A program made the position numbers and the translations under genes. Below the pieces are notes generated by a model. The model saw only the letters and a list, made by a program, of their open reading frames with translations. It was not told the origin of the DNA and made no database searches. Shown piece after piece: positions 53,152 through 60,987 of a stretch of 64,000 nucleotides of DNA. The stretch covers positions 13,625 through 77,624 of the forward strand of contig CASDOO010000035.1 in assembly GCA_949282275.1 (NCBI GenBank). Direction: 5' to 3'. Origin of the DNA: an uncultured Bacillota bacterium (GTDB lineage Bacteria > Bacillota_I > Bacilli_A > RFN20 > CAG-288). Each line of letters starts with the position of its first letter. Position 1 is the first letter of the stretch.

Positions 53152-55136
53152 CAGTCTTCTCCCACGAGCTCCTGCTGTATGCGGAATGGAGAAACCCGGC
53201 GCATGGGAAGGATGCCGGCAAGCAGGGAGAAGAGGAAGGCGCAGGAAAGGACGAAGGAAAGCGATAGGACGTTGAAGACGGAAAGAAAGGACGGAAATGC
53301 CATCTGCGCCAGGATCGCATTGGCGATGAAGGCAAAGGAAACGCTCAGAAGCAGAAGCAAGAGCGAGGAAAGAAGGAAAAAGGCAAGAAGCATGCCATAG
53401 GAAACCATTCTCCTGTTCCGCCTCTCGTTGGGATAGGTCCTTACAAGGGCGAGAAGGCGGATGTTTTCCTCGTAGAGGGAGTAGATGGAAAGATAGGAGA
53501 GCAGGAAAATCGAGGCGATGGCAAGGACAAGGAAGGCAAGAAGGACGTCCAGAAGGGAAGTGACGATTTCCGAAGTCGATTCCCGTATGCTCTCGCCCTT
53601 GGAATAGACACGCAGCCTTTCGCCGAAAAGACGTTCTGACCTTTCGATCATCTTCCTTGGCGATTCGGCCTGAAAGAGGATTTTCGTTCCGCGGAAATCG
53701 TCCTGCCTTTCCTCGGTCAACGAAAAGAGACCGAGGATGGACACGGGCCTTCCGAGTTCCTCCGAGATGTTCTCGAGATAGATGCCGTCGAAGAAGCCAC
53801 TTGCCCCGTCATAGGAATAGTAGCAGGAGGGCGAATTGAAGGCCTTCTTTTCCTTGGCAATGCCGACGATGGTGAAGCGATAGTCGATCCGGACCAGGTC
53901 GCTTTCCGCGAGGCCGTTGCTTTTGGCGATGGCCGAATGGCGAAATGAGAAGTCTTTCCCGATGGCCTTTTCATAGGGAATCCCAAGCTCCTGGAGGAAG
54001 GAGAGGTTGACGACGACTTCCTTGATCGTCCTTGCCATCCTTCCGGAGAGGAGTTTTCCCGCGTCCTGATCGAGGACGGGATAGAAACCGGAAGAGACCT
54101 TCTTCCCGCCAAGCCGGACGTCATTCGACTCGGGAAGGAAGTAGTTGAAGGAAGGAAAGGTCTCGATGACGCCAAGCTGCATGCAAGTCTCTTCGGTCGG
54201 GACCTGGTAACGCTCCAGAGAGAGCCTTCCGGACGAGGCAATCGTGTCCTTTTGGGAAAGGGTCATCATGCCGTTGTCATAGTACTCGGAAAAGAGCTGT
54301 TCCAGGGATTGGTCGATATTCATGGAAAGATCGATGCCGGCGTTGAGGAAGGCAAGACTCAACGAGAGGAAAAAGGCGGAAAGGAAAATCCGGATGCGCC
54401 TTTTCCTCAGAAAGCGGAAGGTCAGCAAAGAGGCATCAAAAAGGAAAATGGAACCGTATTTTCTCTTCTTTTCATCCTGGAATGAAAAAGAGGAAACGGC
54501 ATTGTTTTCACGGATTGGAACAAGTCTTCCATCCTTGAGCTCATAAAGGAGGTCGGCGATTTCATAGGCGGCCTTTTCGTCATGGGTCACTAGAAGGACA
54601 AGCCGTTCCTTTCCAAGCCTTTTCAGGAGGGCAAGGATTTCCATCGAGGTGGTCCGATCCAATTGACCGGTCGGTTCGTCCATGATCAGGAAAGGCGAAT
54701 CGAAAGCCAGGGCGCGGGCAATGGAGACGCGCATCTGTTCGCCACCCGAAAGAAGCCGGACATCCTGATGGATCTTCTCAAGAAGGCCAACCTTTCCCAG
54801 GCTTTCCCGGGCCTTTTCGATTGCTTCCCTTTTGTTTTTTCCTATGAGGCGGAGCGGAAGGAGGATGTTGTCCAGGACGTCGAGATAATCCAGAAGGAGG
54901 GGAGACTGATAGACGCGGGAGGGCGGAATGTCGGGAATCCTTTCGATCTTTCCTTTGTCCGGTTGAAGGGAAGAGGCGCAAAGGGAAAGCAGGGTCGTCT
55001 TTCCGGAACCGGAAGAGCCCAAAAGGACGACAAGGCCCCTGTCGGGGAAGGTGACGGTGACTTTGTCGACTATCTTTTTCTCGCCATAGGCAAAAGAGAC
55101 GTCATCAAGCTTGAGCAAGGCCGTTTTCCTCCTCAC
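53151..55136 (-). CDS. Fused ABC ATPase / FtsX-family permease, 661 aa
   Basis: 'GSSGSGKTTLL', 'LSGGEQMRVSIARAL', 'FLIMDEP', with a C-terminal FtsX-like TM bundle. The start is GTG 55136 or, more likely, TTG 55118, which lies 9 nt after gaggagg. Confidence 0.88.
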   Translation of the reverse strand: MRRKTALLKLDDVSFAYGEKKIVDKVTVTFPDRGLVVLLGSSGSGKTTLLSLCASSLQPDKGKIERIPDIPPSRVYQSPLLLDYLDVLDNILLPLRLIGKNKREAIEKARESLGKVGLLEKIHQDVRLLSGGEQMRVSIARALAFDSPFLIMDEPTGQLDRTTSMEILALLKRLGKERLVLLVTHDEKAAYEIADLLYELKDGRLVPIRENNAVSSFSFQDEKKRKYGSIFLFDASLLTFRFLRKRRIRIFLSAFFLSLSLAFLNAGIDLSMNIDQSLEQLFSEYYDNGMMTLSQKDTIASSGRLSLERYQVPTEETCMQLGVIETFPSFNYFLPESNDVRLGGKKVSSGFYPVLDQDAGKLLSGRMARTIKEVVVNLSFLQELGIPYEKAIGKDFSFRHSAIAKSNGLAESDLVRIDYRFTIVGIAKEKKAFNSPSCYYSYDGASGFFDGIYLENISEELGRPVSILGLFSLTEERQDDFRGTKILFQAESPRKMIERSERLFGERLRVYSKGESIRESTSEIVTSLLDVLLAFLVLAIASIFLLSYLSIYSLYEENIRLLALVRTYPNERRNRRMVSYGMLLAFFLLSSLLLLLLSVSFAFIANAILAQMAFPSFLSVFNVLSLSFVLSCAFLFSLLAGILPMRRVSPFRIQQELVGED

Positions 55137-55168
55137 CCTTTATTGGGGAGGAAGGACGAAAAACGAAA

Positions 55169-55972
55169 CTATTTTCCCTTTGACAGATGGATGGCGTTCA
55201 TCACTAGGCAATAGGACGTCAGGACGCCGACGCCGCCGGGAACGGGGGTATAGCCGGAGATTGTTTCCTCTTCCGGAACGAAGCCGAGGTCTCCCTTGCC
55301 GTCGTCTTGGAAGCCGCAGTCGATGATGAAAGGCTTCCTTGCAAGATCCTCTTTGGAAAGCAGGCCCCTCTTGCCGCTTGCCAGGAAGATGACATCGCTT
55401 TCCCGGGCTTCCTTTTTTATGCTTGCGGGGTCGATGCGGGAATGTACCTGGACGATAAGGCCGTTTTCATGGCTGACGAGGGCATAGAGGGGAAGGCCGA
55501 TTGTCCGGCTGCGGCCGATGACAAGACACTTTTTCCCTTTCAGTTCGATATGGTAATGCCTCAGGATCAAAAGGACGCTTTGCGCCGTCGCCGGCAGGTA
55601 GTCCATGTCGCCAAGAAGCATCCGTCCGACGTTCCTTTCCGTCGTCATGTCCGGGTCGTGGTCCGGATTGATGGCATCGAGAAAGGCCTTCTCGTTGTCG
55701 ATGGCTAGCGGGCGGGCAAGGATGGTCTGGCTTTCCTTGGCCTTCCTTTCGAAACGCCTGAGGCTTGCCTTGACATCCGTCCTGTCCAGGAAGTCCTCTT
55801 CGTAGGGAATCGAGAAACGCTCCAGCGCTTTCTTGACGCCCCGGAGGTAATAGAATGCCGAGGAATCCTCCCGGTCGGAAAAAAGATAGAACTGAAGGTC
55901 CTTCTTCGGGATTTCCCGTTCGATCCGCTCGATTAGCAGGGGGCGGACGTCCTTTCCGGAGAGGATGGTCAT
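55169..55972 (-). CDS. folD: Bifunctional methylene-THF dehydrogenase / methenyl-THF cyclohydrolase
   Basis: 267 aa from ATG 55972 (MTILSGKDV...). 'VIGRSRTIGLP', 'TPVPGGVGVLT'. ATGA overlap with fhs. Confidence 0.9.
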   Translation of the reverse strand: MTILSGKDVRPLLIERIEREIPKKDLQFYLFSDREDSSAFYYLRGVKKALERFSIPYEEDFLDRTDVKASLRRFERKAKESQTILARPLAIDNEKAFLDAINPDHDPDMTTERNVGRMLLGDMDYLPATAQSVLLILRHYHIELKGKKCLVIGRSRTIGLPLYALVSHENGLIVQVHSRIDPASIKKEARESDVIFLASGKRGLLSKEDLARKPFIIDCGFQDDGKGDLGFVPEEETISGYTPVPGGVGVLTSYCLVMNAIHLSKGK

Positions 55973-57561
55973 CTTCCCATCCTCTTTGCCAGGGGAACCT
56001 TCGGAAGCCCGGGCATGGTGACGATCGATCCCGTCAGCGGGACGAGGAATCCCGCCCCGTGGAAGAGGCGGAGATCCTTGACATGGAGCATGTGCCTTGG
56101 GACGTTGAGGCGCTTGGGATCGTCGCTCAGGGAAGTCGGGGTCTTGCTGATGCAGACATGGAAGCACCTTTCCTCTTCCGTGATGGCATGGAGCCTTTTC
56201 AGGACTTCCTCGTCGTAAATGACGCCATCGGCGCCATAGGCCTTCCTGGCAATCGTTTCGATCTTCTCAAAGACGTCCATGGAATCGTCGACAATAGGAT
56301 GGAAGTCTTTCTCGTTCTTCTCGAGGATGGCGACGGTCTTTTGGGCAAGGTCGAGGGCACCCTCGGGTCCATCCTCGTAGGAAGTGCAGAGGGAGAAGGG
56401 GATTCCTTTCTCTTCCAGGATGGCGGAGAGGCAATCGATTTCCGTCTTGTCGTCGGTCGGGAAACGGTTGATGCAGACGAGGACGGGAAGGCCGTATTGG
56501 CGGGCGTTCTGGACATGGAAGAGCAGGTTCGGGATGCCTTTTTCGAGACTTTCGCAATCCTTTTCCTGGAGATTCTCGAAGGCGACGCCGCCATGAAGCT
56601 TGAGGGCACGGACGGAGCAGACCAGGATGACAAGGTCCGGGGAGAAGCCTTGGATGGGCGAGACGATGTCCAGGTATTTTTCCATCCCGAGGTCGCTTCC
56701 GAATCCCGCCTCCGTGACGACATAGTCGGCAAGGCGAAGGGACAGGTCGCTGGCGATGATGGAATTGGTGCCGTGGGCGATGTTGGCGAAGGGACCGCCA
56801 TGGAGGATGGCAGGCGTGCCATGGCTTGTCCTGACGAGATTGGGAAGGAGGGCTTTTTGGATAAGCTTCCGGATGGCCTCACGGATATCGAGGTCCTTGA
56901 CAAGGATGTCCTTGCCTTGACGGGACTTGGCGACGAGGATGTTCTCCGTCCTGTCCAGGAAATCCTCGATGTCCCGGCTCAGGCAGAAGATGGCCATCAG
57001 TTCGCTGGCCGCGGTGATGACGAAGGAGGAGAAGTGCCTTGGCCCTTCCTTCTCTCCGAGACAGGTCTCGATATGACGCAGGGAACGGTCGTTCATGTCC
57101 AGCGCACGGGGAAAGACGACGCTTTCCGGGTCGATGTCCAGGGGACTGTCCTGGAAGATCTCGTTGTCCACCATGGCGGCAATGAGGTTGTTGACGCTGG
57201 TGAGGGCATGGATGTCGCCGGTGAAGTGGAGATTGATTTCCTCTTCCGGGAGAAGCCTTTCCTTGCCGCCTCCCGTTCCGCCGCCCTTGAGACCGAAGAC
57301 GGGTCCCATGGAAGGCTCGCGAAGACAGGCCAGTGCCTTCTTTCCGATACGGTAAAGGCCATCGGCAAGTCCGATTGCCGTCGTCGTCTTTCCTTCGCCG
57401 GCCTTCGTCGGGGTAATTGCGGTCGTCAGGATAAGCTTTCCCCTTCTCGGCCTTTTTCCTGCGTCAAGGTCGAGCTTTGCGCACTCCCTTCCGTAGGGAA
57501 GGACTTCCTCGGGTGAAAGGCCAAGCGAGGCAAGGATTCTTTCCAATTCATTTTGGGACAT
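55969..57561 (-). CDS. fhs: Formate-tetrahydrofolate ligase
   Basis: 'TAITPTKAGEGKTTTAIGL', 'GGPFANIAHG'. 530 aa. Confidence 0.95.
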   Translation of the reverse strand: MSQNELERILASLGLSPEEVLPYGRECAKLDLDAGKRPRRGKLILTTAITPTKAGEGKTTTAIGLADGLYRIGKKALACLREPSMGPVFGLKGGGTGGGKERLLPEEEINLHFTGDIHALTSVNNLIAAMVDNEIFQDSPLDIDPESVVFPRALDMNDRSLRHIETCLGEKEGPRHFSSFVITAASELMAIFCLSRDIEDFLDRTENILVAKSRQGKDILVKDLDIREAIRKLIQKALLPNLVRTSHGTPAILHGGPFANIAHGTNSIIASDLSLRLADYVVTEAGFGSDLGMEKYLDIVSPIQGFSPDLVILVCSVRALKLHGGVAFENLQEKDCESLEKGIPNLLFHVQNARQYGLPVLVCINRFPTDDKTEIDCLSAILEEKGIPFSLCTSYEDGPEGALDLAQKTVAILEKNEKDFHPIVDDSMDVFEKIETIARKAYGADGVIYDEEVLKRLHAITEEERCFHVCISKTPTSLSDDPKRLNVPRHMLHVKDLRLFHGAGFLVPLTGSIVTMPGLPKVPLAKRMGR

Positions 57562-59107
57562 TTTCGCTCTCCTCCATTTTTCTTAGCAAAAGACTGACGA
57601 TCCCAAGCCCGCCGGCATTGACGACAGGCGCTATCGAGCCGATTGTTTTTTCGTTTGGAAGGCCCTTTCGTTTGGCATCCTTCGGATAAACGACAAGGAT
57701 GTTCTTTCCTTCTTCCTCAAGACCTTCCTTGCTTATGGCAGAAAGGAAGTTCCTTGAGAGCGGATCGGTCATCTCCGAAAGCTTTCCGTAGGACACCTTC
57801 GTGGAATCGACGTGGAAGCCAAAACCGGCGCTGGTGATGAAAAGGCTCTTATCCGTGAGGGACTTTTTAAAGAGTGAGACCTTTCCCGTAACGTCATCGA
57901 TGCAGTCGAGGATGACGTCCTTCCTTTCGCATTGGAACAAGGCATCGATGTTTTCCTTTCGTGCCCTGATGTCGAGAAGGGGATTGATTTTCCTTGCCCT
58001 GTCGATGGCGGCGTCGACCTTGTCCCTTCCGAGGTCGTCGAGGGTATAGAGGATCTGGCGGTTGAGGTTTGTCGCGTCGACCTTGTCCTTGTCCACGATT
58101 TCGATGTTCTGGAAACCGAGACGGACGAGGGCTTCCAAAACGCTTCCGCCCACGCCCCCGATGCCGGCAAGGAGGATTCTCTTGCCTTCGATCTCCTTCT
58201 TGAGCCGGGAGAGAAGGATGCCCGTCCTTTGGCGAAGGAGGATGTGGTCGGCAATCCTCTTTTCGATTTCCGCCTTCGGAAGGGCGATGGCCTCCGGGAA
58301 CTGATGCCTCAGGAAGGTGCGCTGCTTCTTGGCATATTGGTGCGTATGGACCTTGATGTCCTCCTTTGCCTTGGATAGGGGAATGTTGTCCTTCCTTGCC
58401 TGAATGAGTTCCCGATAGCCGAGGGAACGGAAGGCGTAGAGATCCTCGGGATATTTGCCAAGAAGGGCATCGACTTCCTCGGGAAAGCCTTCCTCGAACA
58501 TCCTGTCGACGCGTTCGTCGATCTTCCTGTTTCCTTCCTCCTTGTCGATGTCGATGCGGAAGAAGAGGGTCGGGAAAAGCGGCTCCTTCGGGGTCGACTC
58601 GAGGATTTCCTCCCGGCTGTGGCCACAGTGGATCTGTTCCAAAGCCCTCTTGACGCGACGGGGGTTATGGATGTCGATGCTCTCGTAGGTCTTCCTTGAA
58701 AGCCGCAGAAGCTCTTCTTGCATCCTCTCGAGGCTCCAGTCCTCGTAGGGACTTGCCCCATCCTCTTCCCCATAGAAGCGATAGCCGTAGAGAAGGGCCT
58801 TGATGTAAAGGAAAGTCCCGCCGACGACAAGGACGTCCTGTCCCCTTTCCACGTAGTCCCTAAGAAGGGGAAGGCATTCTTCCTGGAAGCGGGAAACATT
58901 CATCGCATCGTCGGGATCGTATTCGTCGTAGAAGTGGTAGGCGATGCCCGCCACGTCTTCCCTTTTCGGCTTGTCCGTTCCGATCTGCATCATCTTGTAG
59001 CATTGGTAGGCATCGGCAGAAAAGACGGGCATGTGAAAGCGTCTTGCCAAGGAGAGGGCAAGGGACGTCTTTCCGCTGGCAGTCTGTCCCAGGATGACGT
59101 AGATCAA
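57548..59107 (-). CDS. miaA: Fusion protein: tRNA dimethylallyltransferase (MiaA) N-terminal domain plus a ThiF/TcdA-like (t6A37 dehydratase family) C-terminal domain
   Basis: 519 aa from TTG 59107, with ggagg 7 nt upstream and a TTGA overlap with the mutL stop. MiaA motifs 'ILGQTASGKTSLA', 'SADAYQCYKMMQIGTDKP', 'QYAKKQRTF'. Then 'ILLAGIGGVGGSVLEALVRLG...VDKDKVDATNLNRQI' and 'DPLSRNFL', aligning with E. coli TcdA. There is no stop codon between the halves. Confidence 0.8.
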   Translation of the reverse strand: MIYVILGQTASGKTSLALSLARRFHMPVFSADAYQCYKMMQIGTDKPKREDVAGIAYHFYDEYDPDDAMNVSRFQEECLPLLRDYVERGQDVLVVGGTFLYIKALLYGYRFYGEEDGASPYEDWSLERMQEELLRLSRKTYESIDIHNPRRVKRALEQIHCGHSREEILESTPKEPLFPTLFFRIDIDKEEGNRKIDERVDRMFEEGFPEEVDALLGKYPEDLYAFRSLGYRELIQARKDNIPLSKAKEDIKVHTHQYAKKQRTFLRHQFPEAIALPKAEIEKRIADHILLRQRTGILLSRLKKEIEGKRILLAGIGGVGGSVLEALVRLGFQNIEIVDKDKVDATNLNRQILYTLDDLGRDKVDAAIDRARKINPLLDIRARKENIDALFQCERKDVILDCIDDVTGKVSLFKKSLTDKSLFITSAGFGFHVDSTKVSYGKLSEMTDPLSRNFLSAISKEGLEEEGKNILVVYPKDAKRKGLPNEKTIGSIAPVVNAGGLGIVSLLLRKMEESENVPK

Positions 59108-60987
59108 AATCCGGACCTCCGGAATATCTTGTCGACATCTTCGCGCGTGATCTTGATGAGCGTCGGCCTTCCGTGCGGGCAGTTTGCCGGATTGACGCAC
59201 TTGGCGAGGTCCTTGATCAAAGCCTCCATTTCCGCAAGGGAGAGGACCTGGTTTGCCTTGATGGATTTCTTGCAGGCGATGCTGGCGATGTCCAGGCGCA
59301 TCAAACGGATGGGGTCGGCCTTTTCGCCGTTGAGGACGGAATGGACGCAATCCTCGATGATGGGGAGATAGTCCGGGTCGGAAAGGAAGGAGGGAATCTC
59401 CTTGATGACGATCGTCCTGTCCCCGAAGGGCTCGACGAGAATGCCGCTTGCAAGAAGACGGGCGACATGTTCCTCGTCGAAATTCTCCTGCTCCTTGAAG
59501 GAAAGCTCCAGGACGGATGGGATGAGGGGGACGACGCGGGAACGCACGGAAGCGAAAAGACGTTCCGTCTTCTCGAAGTTTATCCTTTCCTGGGCAGCAT
59601 GCTGGTCGATAAGGTAGAAGCCATCGAAAGCGTCGCAGACGATGAAGGTCTTCAGCACCTGGCCGATGGGGTGCATCTGGGGGAGGGCGCCGGTATAGCC
59701 ATCCTCACGGAAAATATCCTCGAATCCTTTGCCGGCACTTGCCTTTGGCTTAGGCAGGTCCATGTCTTCCGTTTCCTTTGACGAATTCGAAATCGGCTTT
59801 ACGGGAAGAGGCGCTTCATAGCTTGGCGTGTCCGGAATGGAGTCCTGGAAGTAGATCTTCTCCTCCTTCAGAGGCCTGCCATCGACAAAAGCCTCTTTCG
59901 CCTTCTTTTCCTCCTCTTCCTTGAGATCGTCGATGTCGAAGGCGTCAAGGCCGAGGTCGTTTTGCGTCTTGCTGTCGCTTGCGGAGTCGTAGAGAGGCCT
60001 TTTTCCCTGCAACGTGGAAAGAAGGCATTCCTTGAGCTCTTGGGCCATCTCGTTTTCCATCGAGATGCGGACTTCCTTCTTCGTCGGATGGACGTTGACA
60101 TCCACCAGGGCAGGATCGATTTCCATGTGGATGACGGAGAAAGGATAGCGAAGGGGAGGGAGGTAGTCCCGATAGGCCTCCTCGATCGCCTTCTGGATGC
60201 GGTAGTCGTAGATGCACCGGCCATTGAGGAAAAGGAGCTGGTTGTATTTCTTGGAATAGCTCAGCTCCGGCTTTCCGACAAAGCCGTGGAAGGAGAAGTA
60301 GAGGCCTTCCTTCCTTATTTCGTAGAGGGAAGGGACGATGCGGTTTCCATAGATCTTCTGGATGGCCTCAAGCAGGTCTCCCCTTCCCGTGGTGCGGAAG
60401 ATTTCCTTCCCGTCGACGGAGAGGGCGATAGCGACATCCGGAAAGCCCAAGGCAAGATGCTCGGCCATTTCGATGATGGCATAGGTCTCGACCTTGTCCG
60501 ACTTGAGGTACTTGAGACGGGCCGGCGTGTTGAAGAAGAGGCTGCTGACCTCGAAGATGGTCCCTTTCCTGTCGGGAGCGTCCAGGACGACGAGTTCCGA
60601 ATCGGGCGTGCTTTCGACGCGCGTTCCGATGCCGCTTCCGTTTCCGGTCGTCATCGTGATGCGGCTGACGCTGGCGATGGAGGGGATGGCCTCGCCGCGG
60701 AAGCCCATTGTCTTGATGCGGTTGAGGTCGAACTCGCTTCTTATCTTGCTGGAGGCATGCCGCAAAAAGCACATCCTCGCATCCTCGCGGTCCATGCCGC
60801 AGCCGTCGTCGCGGACAAGGATCTTTCCCTTTCCGGAATCGGCGATGCCGATGTAGATGTTCCGGCTCTTGGCGTCGATGGCGTTCTCCACGAGCTCCTT
60901 GACGACGCTTGCCGGCCTTTCGATGACTTCTCCGGCAGCGATGAGGTTGGAGAGCTCCGGCTTCATCAGATGGATCGTTGCCATCAT
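59104..60987 (-). CDS. mutL: DNA mismatch repair protein MutL
   Basis: GHKL ATPase N-terminus 'IAAGEVIERPASVVKELVENAIDA', 'DDGCGM', 'GFRGEAIPSI'. 627 aa. Confidence 0.96.
   Translation of the reverse strand: MMATIHLMKPELSNLIAAGEVIERPASVVKELVENAIDAKSRNIYIGIADSGKGKILVRDDGCGMDREDARMCFLRHASSKIRSEFDLNRIKTMGFRGEAIPSIASVSRITMTTGNGSGIGTRVESTPDSELVVLDAPDRKGTIFEVSSLFFNTPARLKYLKSDKVETYAIIEMAEHLALGFPDVAIALSVDGKEIFRTTGRGDLLEAIQKIYGNRIVPSLYEIRKEGLYFSFHGFVGKPELSYSKKYNQLLFLNGRCIYDYRIQKAIEEAYRDYLPPLRYPFSVIHMEIDPALVDVNVHPTKKEVRISMENEMAQELKECLLSTLQGKRPLYDSASDSKTQNDLGLDAFDIDDLKEEEEKKAKEAFVDGRPLKEEKIYFQDSIPDTPSYEAPLPVKPISNSSKETEDMDLPKPKASAGKGFEDIFREDGYTGALPQMHPIGQVLKTFIVCDAFDGFYLIDQHAAQERINFEKTERLFASVRSRVVPLIPSVLELSFKEQENFDEEHVARLLASGILVEPFGDRTIVIKEIPSFLSDPDYLPIIEDCVHSVLNGEKADPIRLMRLDIASIACKKSIKANQVLSLAEMEALIKDLAKCVNPANCPHGRPTLIKITREDVDKIFRRSGF

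Noticed and set aside
55973-56167. 65-codon extension of the folD ORF
   Set aside because: It overlaps the fhs 3' end out of frame and is Pro/Arg-rich. The ATG at 55972 forms an ATGA overlap with the fhs stop and starts a normal FolD N-terminus.
59108-59350. 81-codon 5' extension of the miaA fusion ORF (track ORF to 59350)
   Set aside because: It overlaps the mutL 3' end out of frame and is Arg/Pro/Gly-rich. The TTG at 59107 has a perfect ggagg and begins exactly at the MiaA P-loop strand.
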